This document shows, in pieces, positions 1 through 13,620 of a stretch of 64,000 nt of DNA (its first letter is position 1; the number at the start of each line of letters is the position of its first letter). The position numbers were made by a program, and so were the translations under genes. Below the pieces are notes generated by a model. That model searched no databases. It worked only from the letters and a program-made list of their open reading frames with translations, and was not told where the DNA came from. The DNA lies in the NCBI RefSeq assembly GCF_006345805.1, contig NC_043020.1, positions 9,920,001 through 9,984,000 of the forward strand. The letters are read 5' to 3'. Source of the stretch: Octopus sinensis. Its lineage: Eukaryota.

Positions 1-217
1 TGAACTCAGAACGTAACGGCAGACAAAATACCGCCAAACATTTCACCCGGTGTGCTAACGATTCTGCCAGCTTGCCAATGATGATGATATATATATATGC
101 AACTATGTGTGTGTTATGTGAATTCATACATATATAAGATATATATGTGTATATATATATTATGCACATACATATACACACATGATGTGTGTGTGTGTAG
201 ATATATATATGTATGTT

Positions 218-261
<44 letters not shown>

Positions 262-1636
262 TTATTTCAGATTAAATGATGAACCTTGTTACATAATGTT
301 TAATGCATACATACAGACAGGGGTACAGGTGTGAGTAAGTGGTAACAAATTTGCTTTGTAACCACATGGTCCTGGGTTCAGTTTCGTTGTGCAGCACTAT
401 GGCCAAGTTTCCGAAACAAGCCCAACATATATGGATAGGCATAGGAGTGGCTGTGTGGTAAGTAGCTTGCTTACGAACCACATAGTTCCGGGTTCAGTCC
501 AACTGCATGGCACTTTTGGCAAGTGTCTTCTACTATACCTGCAGGCCGACCAAAGCCTTGTGAGTGGATTTGGTTGACGGAAACTGAAAGAAGCCCGTCG
601 TATATATGTATATATATATAAATATATTAATAAAAGGAATTTCAACCTTGTCTGATTTTCACGTTTTATTTACAATCTCATAATGATATAATATAAGATT
701 ATATAATATAATAGAATAGAATAAAATAAAATAGTAGAATGTTAAATGTTCATTCTGATTGAACTAGTACTTTCATGCATTAAATTATGCAATCTTCAGG
801 TTCGTGTAGTAGTGGTGACAGTCATGCTTCACAATTTTTGGTGTGTGTGTGTGTGTGTGTGTATCTGTGTCTGTCCCCCCCAACATCGCTTGACAACGGA
901 TGCCGATAGATTAAGTACTAGGCTTACAAAGAATAAGTCCTGGGGTTGATTTGCTTGACTAAAAGGTGGTGCTCCAGCATGGCCACAGTTAAACGACTGT
1001 CATACAAGCAGTGTCATTCATTTTCAATATTCTGTGGGAACCTGTTTGTCCATGGGGGGGGAATATGAAGTTTATTGCCTTGCTTTGAAATAAGTAAGGG
1101 CTGGCAACTCCCACTCTATCCAACCCATGCAAGCATGGAAAAGTGGATATTTAAATGAGAGAAAGAGAGAGACACACACACATACACACACACACACCTT
1201 TTCTGATACCTCTTCCTATATATATATATAGGCGTGGCTGTGTGGTAAGTAGCTTGCTAACCACCGCATGGTTCCAGGTTCAGTCCCACTGCGTGGCATC
1301 TTGGGCAAGTGTCTTCTGCTATAGCCCCGGGCCGACCAATGCCTTGTGCGTGGATTTGGTAGACGGAAACTGAAAGAAGCCTGTCGTATATATGTATATA
1401 TGTGTGTGTGTGTGTGTGTGTGTTTGTCCCCCTAGCATTGCTTGACAACCGATGCTGGTGTGTTTACGTCCCCGTCACTTAGCGGTTCGGCAAAAGAGAC
1501 CGATAGAATAAGTACTGGGCTTACAAAGAATAAGTCCCGGGGTCGATTTGCTCGACTAAAGGCGGTGCTCCAGCATGGCCGCAGTCAAAAGACTGAAACA
1601 AATAAAAGAGTAAAGAGATATATATATATATAAAAA

Positions 1637-1820
1637 ATAATATGTTACATTACTCAATAGTCAAGATAAAACTGAGTTTCAGATGCCGAAGTGGAAATCC
1701 ACAACACCATCTCTTCGGTTATCTGGCTATCTGAAAACCAAAGAGATGGTGTGTGGATTTCCACTTCGGCATCTGAAACTCAAAGTTTTATCTTGACTAC
1801 CAAGTAATGTAACATATTAT
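1637..1820. repeat. Fold-back palindrome (MITE-like)
   Basis: Near-perfect inverted arms of about 75-80 bp (tatgttacattact...agtaatgtaacata) around a short loop. Confidence 0.75.
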
Positions 1821-1926
1821 TGTATAGATAAATTTCCTCTATTTACATAATATTGAGGTCTCTTTCTTTCTTTTGTTATCTTACCGTTTTTACCAATATA
1901 TATATATATATATTCACAGCATCAAC

Positions 1927-2261
1927 ATGGCTAGTTGTACTGCTGCAGACCAGACAAATTCTGGCAAGGATTGTTCCGAAAGCGAAACAGAATTGGTGAA
2001 GGAGGAAGCAGCCAAAGTAGACAAGAAGAAGGTGGAGGCTGGAGAGGATGGAGACGAAGAAGCGAAAGTCTCTGCTGACCGGCTCAGCCCCCAGGATGAG
2101 GAAACAGAGAAGCAAGTTGTTCTGGCCAGCAGACACATCACCATGGCTCTAACCAAATCCAGTGCCATCGAGAAATATTTCTCCACCTGTCTTTTAGATG
2201 AAGAAGATGAAGCTCGCTTTGCAGACTTTGACTCGGAGTTGCCGGATTTCCTCAGTCGGAC
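1927..2261 (+). CDS. Coding exon 1 of an unrecognised 189-aa single-pass membrane protein (acidic N-terminal region)
   Basis: Acceptor tattcacag|C at 1919/1920, ATG at 1927 (aacATGG), open Glu/Asp/Lys-rich frame MASCTAADQ...ELPDFLSR, donor AC|gtaagt at 2261/2262 (phase 2). Confidence 0.8.
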
Positions 2262-3753
2262 GTAAGTGGAATTTTTTTATTGTTGTTCTGGTTGTTGTCG
2301 TTGTTGTTGTTTTGCTTCCTTATGTAGTTTTGTTTCATGGGATTATGGTTGCTGTTTAACCTAAGATCCACTTATCAAACGGATATGATTAGTCAAAGGT
2401 AATTCTATAAATCCACCACTCTATGATATATATGTATATATATATATGTGGAGGCACATGGCCTAGTGGTTAGAGCAGCGGACTCGTGGTCGAGGGGCCG
2501 TGGGTTCGAATCTCAGACCGGGCAATGTGTGTGTTTATGAGCGAAACACCTAAGCTCCATGCGGCTCCGGCAGAAGGTAATGACGAACTTCTGCTGACTC
2601 TTTCGCCACAACTTTCCTCCTGCATCTTGCAGCTCACCTGCGATGGACTGGCGTCCCGTCCATGTGGGGAACCTATACGCCAAGGAAACCAGGAAACTGG
2701 CCCTTATGAGCCAGGCATGGCTCAAGAAGGCTCACTCTTGCATCTTGCAGCTCACCTGCGTCGTACTGGCGTCCAGTCCAGGTGGGGAACCTATATGCCA
2801 AGGAAACCGGGAAACTGGCCCTTATGAGCCAGGCATGGCTCAAGAAGGATCAAACAACATATATATACATTTCGTTTTGGGATTTGGTTTGCAAGATTCT
2901 TTATATGATTTCGCGTGTTGAAGCATATTCTGTTGTGTCTGGGGAGAGTCATTTTCTTTTCGTGCCTTATAATGTAACACACTCACCTAAATTTTAGGAA
3001 AATAAAAATATGAAATAAGTGGAAATTTTACTGGTGCTTTTTATGTGCCACCTGCACAGGAGCCAGTCCAGCGGCACTAGCGACGACCTCGCTTGAATAT
3101 TTCACATGCCACCAGCACAAGTGCTGGTAAGGCGATGCGGTAACAATCGCACTTGAATGGTGTGCTTAACGTGCCATCGGCACCGAGGCCAGCTTGTTGC
3201 TCTGGCAACAATCTTACTCGTATGTTACATATATATATATATGTGTGTGTGTGTTTCAAATACATGTAAACATTTTTGCCAACTGAGTAGACTGGAGCAA
3301 CGTGAAATGAAGTGTCTTGCTCAAGAAGGTAACGCGTCGCTCGGTCCAGGAATCGAAGCCATAATCTTATGATCATGATGCTGACACCCTAACCACTAAG
3401 CCACGCGCCTCCACAAAAATAAATGCGCTCTTTTAAAGCCTAGCCAGGCTCATGGGCCCGATTTCCCGGTTTCAATGTCGTATGTGTTCCCCAGCTGGAC
3501 GGGACGCCAGTCCATCGCAGTGTTACTCATTTTTGCCAGCTGAGTGGACTGGAGCAACGTGAAATGAAGTGTCTTGCTCAAGAACACAACGCATCGCCCG
3601 GTCCAGGAATCGAAACCACATTCTGCGATCATGATGCTGACACCCTAACCACTAAGCCACGTGCCTCCACATATGTAATTAAATAATGTAAATAATAATG
3701 TTATGAACCGTTTCATTAAAAATAGTTTTTTTTTTTGTTTTTTGTCTCATCAG

Positions 3754-3865
3754 GTTCTTCAGTCAAGATGCTAAATTCTTCTTCCTGATATTCACTGCCT
3801 TCCTATTCTTTTCTGTTCTAATTCTCTTCATGATCCAGGCAAACTGTGCTTGGCATAACAATCAG
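3754..3865 (+). CDS. Coding exon 2 (transmembrane segment) of the same gene
   Basis: Long polypyrimidine tract plus tcatcag|G, donor CAG|gtaaga. 112 nt, phase 2 in and phase 0 out, matching both neighbouring exons. Encodes (T)FFSQDAKFFFLIFTAFLFFSVLILFMIQANCAWHNNQ. Confidence 0.8.
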
Positions 3866-3885
3866 GTAAGAAGACCTTCACTTAA

Positions 3886-4494
3886 CCCTTTTGTTACCAA
3901 CCCGGCTGAAACCGGCTCTGGGCTCTGAGTACAAATGTTTTGTTTCCATAAGTTTTGAATTAAAATCTTCCACCAAACCTTAGTCACAATTTATATTCTT
4001 GACACTAGCTGAATGATAACTAAGTTATTTTACTAAATTCTTTGTTATCATCATCATCATCATTTAACGTCTGCTTTCCATGCTAGCGTGGGTTGGACGG
4101 TTCAACTGGGGTCTGGGAAGCCAGAAGGCTGCACCAGGCCCAGTCTGATCTGGCAGTGTTTCTACAGCTGGATGCCCTTCCTAACAGCAACCACTCCGTG
4201 AGTGTAGTGGGTGCTTTTTACGTGCCAATGGCACAGGTGCCAGGCGAGGCTGGCAACAGCCACGATCGGATGGTGCTTTTTATGTGCCACTGGCACGGAG
4301 GTTAGTCAGGGCAGCGCTGGCAACGGCCACGTTCAGATGGTTCTCTTACATGCCACCGGCACTGGTATCATAACTACAATTTCCATTGATTTTGATCGAT
4401 TTCGATTTATATTTAAAGTAATTAATTTAAAGTTATATTTTAAGTAATTGAAAGAAACACAGAGTATCTCTAAATAAATACAGTAACGAAAGGT
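3886..4494. mobile_element. piggyBac-type non-autonomous element with an internal SINE
   Basis: TTAA on both sides. Termini CCCTTTTGTTAC...GTAACGAAAGGT match the 23494-24570 element. Confidence 0.65.
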
Positions 4495-5770
4495 TTAAGA
4501 CCAAACACCTCACAATCATTGCTGTGTGGTTAAGAAGTTCTCTTCACAACCATTTGGTACCAAATTTCATCCCACCGTTTTAATACCTTCGGCAATATTT
4601 TCTTCGGCCATAGCATTGCGTTGACCAGTTGACCAATAGTTCGAGGATGAAACTTGGTAGAAGGAACTTTGTGGTAGCCCATCATGTATAGGTGTGTGTA
4701 TACCTATTTCTTTATTGCCCACAAGGGGCTAAACATAGAGGGGACAAACTAGGATAGAGAAAGGGATTAAGTCGATTACATTGACCCCAATGCATCACTG
4801 ATACTTAATTTATCGACCCCGAAAGGATGAAAGGTAAAGTCGACCTTAGCATTTCGCCTGGCGTGCTAACGTTCGTTACCTTTTTTGTTTCAGTCATTAG
4901 ATTGTGGCCATGCTGGGGCATGACCTTGAGGAATTTTAGTCAAACAAATCGACCCCTATTACGTATATAATTTTTTAAGCCTGGTGCTTATTGTATTGGT
5001 CTCTTTTGCCAAACCGCTAACTTACAAGGACGTAAACACACCAACACCAGTAGTCAAGTGGTGGTGTGGGACAAACACAGACACAAAGACACACACACAC
5101 AATATATATTATAAAGGCAGCGAGCTGGCAGAAACATTAGGACGCCGGGCGAAATGCTTAGTGGTATTTCGTCTGCCGTTACGTTCTGAGTTCAAATTCC
5201 GCCGAGGTCGACTTTGCCTTTCATCCTTTCGGGGTCGATAAATAAAGTACCAGTTTCACACTGGGGGTCGATGTAATCGACTTAATCCATTTGTCTGTCC
5301 TTGTTTGTCCCCTCTATGTTTAGCCCCTTGTGGGCAATAAAGAAACAGGTACTTATTTTATCAACCTCCAAAAGAGGGTGAAAGGCAAGTTGACCTTTGG
5401 AATTTGAATCCAGAACATAATGACAGGTAAACTACTGCTTTTGAGCATTGGCTGATCCTGGTGGTACATGAAAAGTTCCTTTTGAGCGTTGAGCTTCATG
5501 GAGGCATTATGTCATGCTAGGGAAGAAGACCCATCAAACCAAGTGAAATCGTAGTTGTGGCAGATACTGGTGTCACGTAAAAGCACCCATTGCACTCCAT
5601 GCTAGCATGGAAAACGGACGCTAAATGATGATGATGATGATGATGACCACCAGCATCAGCCAATGCTCAAAAGGTGCTTTTTACATTGTTGTTGTTTGTT
5701 GTTGCTGCTGTTGTTATTGTTTGTTTGCTCGCTCCCTTATATCTAAAAATGCCGTTTGGTTTTCTTCCAG

Positions 5771-5893
5771 TTACTTGAACTGCTCGGACGAGAAGATTTC
5801 ACGCAAGATTTCTTTTACCTTCATTACTATGAGATGCCAGAGAGACGAGCCAGTCCAGGACTCCGAGTCAACACAAGCTGCTTCGTGCACTAA
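5771..5893 (+). CDS. Coding exon 3 (terminal) of the same gene
   Basis: Acceptor ttttcttccag|T (phase 0), encodes LLELLGREDFTQDFFYLHYYEMPERRASPGLRVNTSCFVH*, TAA at 5891-5893. Joined CDS is 570 nt with no internal stop. Confidence 0.75.
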   Translation, partial: LLELLGREDFTQDFFYLHYYEMPERRASPGLRVNTSCFVH

Positions 5894-5964
5894 CCCCACA
5901 CACAGACACACACAGACATTCCCATTTGCTGTATAACAAACCCCATTTTGTGCAAACGCGAAAC

Positions 5965-5970
5965 AATAAA
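5965..5970 (+). terminator. Poly(A) signal of the + strand membrane-protein gene
   Basis: AATAAA about 70 nt after the stop codon. Confidence 0.55.
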
Positions 5971-6129
5971 GGAACTCTACTAGTAATATTTGAAAGACCA
6001 TAGTATTGGTTGGAAATGTTACAAACTTTAATTCAATATGGTAGTAGTAAGAAAAATTACCCAACTATGCACACACAGACACACACATATGGATTCTATT
6101 AGATTCATATATATATACACACACCCACA

Positions 6130-6148
6130 TTAACACTTAAATTATTAT

Positions 6149-6188
<40 letters not shown>

Positions 6189-6294
6189 TTTAGTTTCAGC
6201 TCAGAGCTGCGGCCATGCTGATGCACCAGCGTTAATATATATATATATTTATAGATATAGATATGTTTATTAATTAAAATTATATATATGTATG

Positions 6295-6325
<31 letters not shown>

Positions 6326-6372
6326 AAAATAAATTTAGAATTATATGATATATATATGTGGTGGGGTGTATG

Positions 6373-6403
<31 letters not shown>

Positions 6404-7363
6404 CACATACACACATATATATATATATGTATGTATAAAATTTAGAATTATAAGATATATATATGTGGTGGGGTGTATGTATGTATGTATATATATATAT
6501 ATATACACACGCACACATACATATATATATATACACATATGTATATAATATGTACATACATACGCACAACATACATAAAAGTGGTGTGTGTCTATGTGGG
6601 TGGGTGTGGGTGTTTCATTTCCGTATTTCCGTTCCATGCTGTGCTGAACATTGATCCGTCCTTGGATGGTTCCAGTAACATATCAGTTTTTTTTTTTCCA
6701 GGAGAGAACATTGCTATCGTCCCCCCCCCCCACTTCCTGGAACAATTTTCTCCGTTTCCGTAGAAGTGATGCTGTAAGTGGGTTGCCTGCTGCCAGTCTC
6801 ACAACAGCGCCATTGTAGTCGATTCCAAGACCAAGAAGGAAGGAAGAACCAGTACCATTACTTGACTAGTAGTATTATATTAACCAACTCTCTGAAAGCA
6901 TGTGATATACCTATACGTGTGTATGTGTATATATACATGTATATATATATGTATTTATGTATATGTATATATGTATATATATATATGTATATGCATGTAT
7001 ATGTATATGTATATATATGTATATGTATGTATATGTATATATATGTATTTATATATATATATATGTATATATATATGTATATATATATGTGTGTATATAT
7101 ATGTGTGTATATATATGTGTATATATATATATGTGTATATATATATGTGTATATATATATGTGTATATATATATGTGTATATATATATGTATATGTATAT
7201 ATATATGTATATATATATGTATATATATATGTGTATATATATATGTGTATATATATGTATATATATGTATATATATGTATATATATGTAATATGTATATA
7301 TATTTATATATGTATATGTATATATATATATATGTATATATATATATGTTGTATATATATGTG

Positions 7364-7395
<32 letters not shown>

Positions 7396-7420
7396 ATATA
7401 TATATATAATATATATATAT
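6130..7420. repeat. Compound (TA)n/(TATG)n microsatellite blocks
   Basis: Near-continuous TA/TG dinucleotide runs at 6130-6600 and 6900-7420. Confidence 0.9.
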
Positions 7421-7851
7421 ATGAATAAACAAATAAATGGAGTTGAATGAAGATGTTAATAAAATTCCTTTACTTTCGACATATGTTAATAAAGGAATTT
7501 TATTAACATCTTTGTCAATGAATAAATTCATTTGTTTATTCATATATAACACACAAATTTCTGGACATGAACCCTTTGGATAGGTCGCTTCAACCGTGTT
7601 TCTGACGTGAATTTGCTACCCTGGTATCGGTTCATCGAATTTTCCATGTTAACGGTAAACATAGGATAATTCATTCACCCATCGAAATATATATATATAT
7701 ATATTATATGTGTGTGTGTATATATATGTGTATATATATATATATTTATATAAATAAGGATAAGATCATTGATTTAAATATCAATCTTATGCGGTGGCCA
7801 GCATGGGAATATAAACCTTCAAAGGTAATAATTATTATTGAAAGTACAATC

Positions 7852-8018
7852 TAGGGTGTCTAAGAGATACCACCACGCTGGAAATAGCAGCCAAAACTTG
7901 ACTGTAAAACCACATTAAATGTTCATACGGCACCAGTAGCTGTATGAACATTTAATGTGGTTTTAGAGTCAAGTTTTGGCTGCTATTTCCAGCGTGGTGG
8001 TATCTTTTAGATACCCTA
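7852..8018. repeat. Fold-back palindrome (MITE-like)
   Basis: Inverted arms of about 78 bp with a short loop. The left arm recurs near 30011-30093. Confidence 0.75.
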
Positions 8019-8019
8019 A

Positions 8020-8075
<56 letters not shown>

Positions 8076-9485
8076 ATTTGCATGTGCATATATATGTGTG
8101 TGTATGTATGTATGTATGTATGTATGTACGTACATACACATAGATATATACATTTAATGTGTATATGTGTGTGTATTTGTGTCTATATTTACTAGGGTGT
8201 TTGTGTACGAGGCACAACCCTGTTCTGTGTGGTGCGACTGAAGTAGCAAAGAGTTGTGTCCCTTAGATATATGCAGTCTGCATGCGACTTAGAAATGAGA
8301 TTTTGAGAAAATTAATATTATCATTATCGTTACTATTATAATGTCGCCTCATTTTTGTTTCTGAGGTAAATTCGCCAAGAGATTCGAGGAATGGGATTGT
8401 CATTCTCTGGAATTTTCACAGAATTCTCTCGTAGAAAATCGCTAGATGAATTTAAATATATTTTTAACACTACTTGGCGTTTAATTTTTCTTCTTGATTT
8501 CCTTGCTGCCTCTAATAACTATTGATATATCTATTTCATTATGTGTGTGTGTGTGTTTATGTAACTATATGAAATACTTATATGTGTTTATGTGTGGAGG
8601 CGCAATGGCCCAGTGGTTAGGGCAGCGGACTCGCGGTCGTAGGATCGCGGTTTCGATTCCCAGACCGGGCATTGTGAGTGTTTATTGAGCGAAAACACCT
8701 AAAAGCTCCACGAGGCTCCGGCAGGGGATGGTGGTGATCCCTGCTGTACTCTTTCACCACAACTTTCTCTCTCACTCTTACTTCCTGTTTCTGTTGTACC
8801 TGTATTTCAAAGGGCCTGAAAGAAGCCCGTCATATATATGTATGTGTGTGTATATGTTTGTGTGTCTGTGTTTGTCCCCCTAGCATTGCTTCACAACCGA
8901 TTCTGGTGTGTTTATGTCCCCGTTACTTAGCGGTTCGGCAAAAAGAGACCGATAGAATAAGTACTGGGCTTACAAAGAATAAGTCCCGGGGTCGATTTGC
9001 TTGACTAAAGGCAGTGCTACAGCATGGCCGCAGTCACTCTCTGTGTCATGCTGAATATCCCCGAGAACTACGTTAAGGGTACACGTGTCTGTGGTGGAGT
9101 GCTCAGCCAACTTACACGTTAATTTCACGAGCAGGCTGTTCCGTTGATTCGGATCAACCGGAACCCTCATCGTCGTAACCGACGGAGTGCTTCCAACATG
9201 TGTTTATGTACACATGTTTGATATCAGATCTTTAGCTTCATGTTTCCTGCATATCTAATTTTTTATTTTACTATTTTACTTTTGTTTCAGTCATTTGACT
9301 GTGGCCATGCTGGAGCACCGCCTTAGGTCGAGCAGGCAGATCGACCCCCAGGACTTATTCTTTGTAAGCCTAGTACTTATTCTATCGGTCTCTTTTGCCG
9401 AACCGCTAAGCAACGGGGGACGTAAACACACCAGCATCGGTTGTCAAGCGATGTTGCGGAAACAAACACAGACACACAAACATAT

Positions 9486-9548
<63 letters not shown>

Positions 9549-9724
9549 TACGACGGGCTTCTTTCAGTTTCCATCTACCAAATCCACTCACAAGGCTTTG
9601 GTCAGCCCGAGGCTATAGTGGAAGACACTTGCTCAAGGTGCCACGCAGTGAGACTGAACCCAGAACCATGTGGTTCATAAGTAAGCTACTTACCACACAG
9701 CCACTCCTACGCCTATCATTTATG

Positions 9725-11390
9725 ATATAACTTATTGTACACAAAAAAGTCTTCAAATCATGAAGGCATTTCATGTTTTCATATAAGTCTGGTCCTCCCC
9801 CTGGATTTTATCCAAGGCCATGGCAAATTTAGACATCACCTGGGCATACTCCGTCAGGACGTTGACATCAGAATCAGCAAAGGTCTGCAGCTGTGTCATC
9901 ACCCTGTGGGCAGCTCCCCTAATCTATTCCAGATGGTTGTTGAAGACAACAACAGAGTCATAGGTAGAGTTCCAGCTGGTACTGTTGAAGACCACCAACC
10001 TCCCTCTTCAACACGTCCAGAATGCTGTGCCGCAGCTCTGCAGATTCCACAGTCGCTACACCTTCAACATAGCTTTCCTGTAAGCTGACTTGAACAAAGC
10101 GCTGTCAGGAGCCTTGTTGGCATTCACGCTGGCTACCAAGGTATGGGCTGCACACTTCATGTGCACTAGCAGGTTTAGGCCCAAGTCGTCAGACTCGTCA
10201 AGTATGGTATCAACAGAGATTTGCTCAACTTCATCCACATTCCCAGCTTCAGGATCCACATCCAAGTCCACTTCCTTGACGCCCTCCACATCCAGATCGG
10301 CAGCAGCCTCAGCGGACTCGCGGTTTCGATTCCCAGACCGGGCATTGTGTGTGTTTATTGAGCAAAAACACCTAAAGCTCCACGGGGTGGTGGCGACCCT
10401 TATTGTACTCTTTCGCTCCAACTTTCTCTCACTCTCTCTTCCTGTTTCTTGTCCCCGACTTCCTACGCCACCACTGAGCCAGGATGTGCATTCATCCATC
10501 CAGCGATGCTCTCGGTGTCAGGGGTTGACCTGCTTTCTCTTCTGCGGGTCTTACGAATAGCAAAGGACCTCGTATCGTACTTCTTCCACTGAGACAAAGA
10601 CCGCTTCGCTCGACTGCAACAGCAGGAGATAAATAGGAGCTATAGACGTCTCAGAAATTTTGTTTGTTATCTTTTCTTTCATTGGTTAACTGGATGGAGA
10701 TAAATACTGGAGGCGCAATGGCCCAATGGTTAGGGAAGTGGACTCGCGGTCGGAGGATCGCGGTTTCGATTCCCAGACCGGGCGTTGTTTGTGTTTATTG
10801 AGCGAAAACATAAAACTCTATGAGGCTCCAGCAGGGATTGGTAGCAACCCCTGTTGTACTCTTTCGCTCCAACTTTCTCTCACTCTTTCTTCCTGTTTCT
10901 TGTCCCCGACTTCCTACGCAACCGCTGAGCCTGGATGCGCATTCATCCATCCGTGGAGGCTCTCGGTGTCGGGGGTTGACCTGCGTTCTCTTCTGCGGAT
11001 CTTACAAATAGCAAAGGACCACGTTTCGAACTTCTCCCACTAATGGGACGAAGACTGCTTCGCTCAACAAACAAGCAGCAGCCTCAGCAATGTCTGGCAA
11101 GAGTTCAACTTCTGTACCAAAATGCGTGAATGCCTTATCAAAGTTTCTGCCATTGTCCGTCGTGGTTCTGGTCACTTTGTCTTGCAGATGGAACTTTTAA
11201 TGGATGTCCACCATGGCCTGGGCAACAACATCAAAGGTGTGATGTCGTCTGAGCTGAGAGCAGGCCAGGATGGCATGTTGTCTTGTGCACGTCTTGGGGT
11301 CCAGCCTGTGTGCCATCAACCCCAGGTAGGACCTGCTGTGGGGGCCAACCAACAGTCTGCGGTGGTCACCACCCAGAGACATCCTTGAAC
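9725..11390 (-). mobile_element. Decayed hAT-family transposase, interrupted by SINE-derived inserts
   Basis: Translated fragments SYLGLMAHRLDP...HTFDVVA, RTTTDNGRNF, MKCAAHTL, TSWNSTYD and ALDKIQGED, with stops and frameshifts. Confidence 0.75.
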
Positions 11391-11747
11391 AATCTAATTA
11401 AAAAATGTTAAATTGTAAAGAGTTAGAAACTTAAAATTATATATATATAATATCAATAATGACAAAGGGTAAAGTTAATTAATTATCTAGTAATCAATAA
11501 TTTCACCAAGTAAAATTCGGCATGAAAAAGGACCATTTCTCGGTAAACTTAAGTAATACTTTATCATTAGTGTTCAGCAAAGATTTGCTTTACCACATAC
11601 CGAAGTTTAGAAATAGCAGCCAAAGAACCTTAGCTATTTCCTCTACTTTAAAAAGAAGCTCCTGAACAGAAAACAAAGTACTTGAAAACAATCCACGCAG
11701 GCAGAGAGGAAAAATAATGAAAATCAATCGATATTTGATTACCCATA

Positions 11748-12150
11748 GGCGCAGGAGTGGCTGTGTGGTAAGTAGCTTGCTAACCAACCACATGGTTCCG
11801 GGTTCAGTCTCACTGCGTGGCATCTTGGGCAAGTGTCTTCTGCTATAGCCCCGGGCCGACCAATGCCTTGTGAGTGGATTTGGTAGACGGAAACTGAAAG
11901 AAGCCTGTCGTATATATGTATATATATGTGTGTGTTTGTGTGTCTGTGTTTGTACCCCTAGCATTGCTTGACAACCGATGCTGGTGTGTTTACGTCCCCG
12001 TCACTTAGTGGTTCGGCAAAAGAGACCGATAGAATAAGTACTGGGCTTACAAAAGAATAAGTCCCGGGGTCGAGTTGCTCGACTAAAGGCGGTGCTCCAG
12101 CATGGCCGCAGTCAAATGACTGAAACAAATAAATGAGTAAAAAAGAGTAA
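11748..12150 (+). mobile_element. tRNA-derived SINE family 1 (representative copy; roughly 20 full or partial copies in the window)
   Basis: Head GGCGCAGGAGTGGCTGTGTGGTAAG, internal (TA)n, tail ...GAAACAAGTAAAAGAG. Other copies near 1230, 9280-9712(-), 12285-12683(-), 13725-14132(-), 14775-15198(-), 40807, 45617, 46370-46772(-), 50163-50597(-), 52658-53405, 56427, 57765-58180(-), 59450-59860(-), 60035, 63067-63765. Confidence 0.85.
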
Positions 12151-13074
12151 GAGTTTCGGAATTAGATTGGTATAAAGAATATAGAATTTATACTTTGCTC
12201 AAACATTTTCTTCTTCAGCAAGGGACTTCACAATATTAAATCCGAAGGCACTGGAAGAATCGAATATACCTCTCCAGTATACTCTTTACTCTTTTACTTG
12301 TTTCAGTCATTTGACTGCGACCATGCTGGAGCACCGCCTTTAGTCGAGCAAATCGACCCCGGGACTTATTCTTTTGTAAGCCCAGTACTTATTCTATCGG
12401 TCTCTTTTGCCGAACCACTAAGCAACGTGGACATAAACACACCAGCATCGGTTGTCAAGCGATGCTAGGGGGACAAACATATACACGCAAACACACACAC
12501 ACATATATATACATATATACGACGGGCTTCTTTCAGTTTCCGTCTACCAAATCCACTCACAAGGCTTTGATCGGCCCGAGGCTATAGTAGAAGACACTTG
12601 CCCAAGGTGCCACGCAGTGGGACTGAACCCAGAACCATGTGATTGGTAAACAAGCTACTTACCACACAGCCACTCCTGCGCCTGCTCAAGAACACGACAC
12701 GCAACCCCATCCGGGAATCAAACTTTTATCCTTTTTGGGGTCAATAAAACAAGCACCGGTTAAGCACTGGGTTCAATGCAATTGACTAACCCCCTCCCCA
12801 AAAATTTCAGGCCTTGTGCCTATAGTAGAAAGGATTATTATTATTAAAGGATGTAAGCTTGTAGAATCATTAGCTTATCAGGCAAAATGTTTAGCTGTAT
12901 TTTTTTCTGGCTCTTTATAACTTGTTTCAAATTCCATCAAGGTCAGCTTTGCTGTTTATCCTTCCAGAGTCAATAAAATAAAGACCCAATCAAGTACTGA
13001 GGTCAATGTAATTGATTTGTGCTCTCCCTTGAAAATTGCTGGCCTTGTGCCAAAATTAGAATCATTATTATTAT

Positions 13075-13620
13075 TGAGTGAGAGAGCAGTGCATGCCACC
13101 AAAGTGACACAGGGTTAAAATATACAAAGCCCAGTATACCCATCTGATAAGGGTATACCAGGCTCATGCATCACAACCATATGTGCGTGACAGGGTGATC
13201 TCATAACAAGATAAACAGCACATGACCTTGCAGGTGGGGCCCACTTAGAATTTTCTTCTGGTCGGGTAGCCCATCCCACTCAAAGGTCCCTGATTAAGGG
13301 TTGTTTAAGGATGTTGAATGAAACACCCATGTTTCCAGAGTTGAATTATTCAAACCCCAAAGAATCCCTCTCAACACACGGCTATGATGCTCCCCTACTA
13401 CTTCTGCTCATGATCAGAGATGCACATATCGTCAGCCACTAAGAGACATGATCAACTGGTTAAGGTCAAACAACTGACAAGCAAATCTGTGGTATTGAGC
13501 AGAATATTTGCTGTAGCCCATCTTTTATACCAAGACAAAACAATGTACATGATAACACTTCCAATCAGTTAAGATCAGGAGCCATGAGAGCCACTGTCCG
13601 GTACTGCATCAGGGCATTTA
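13075..13620 (+). repeat. Interspersed repeat of unassigned class
   Basis: Same sequence recurs inverted near 38570-39030 and 51400-51820. Confidence 0.65.

Noticed and set aside
6341-7552. Ile/Tyr/Cys-rich ORFs (also near 97, 9295, 31081, 42314, 63163)
   Set aside because: (TA)n/(TG)n microsatellites lack stops in some frames.
8596-8690. tRNA genes at SINE heads
   Set aside because: The tRNA-like heads continue into SINE bodies and recur many times; no complete cloverleaf is evident.
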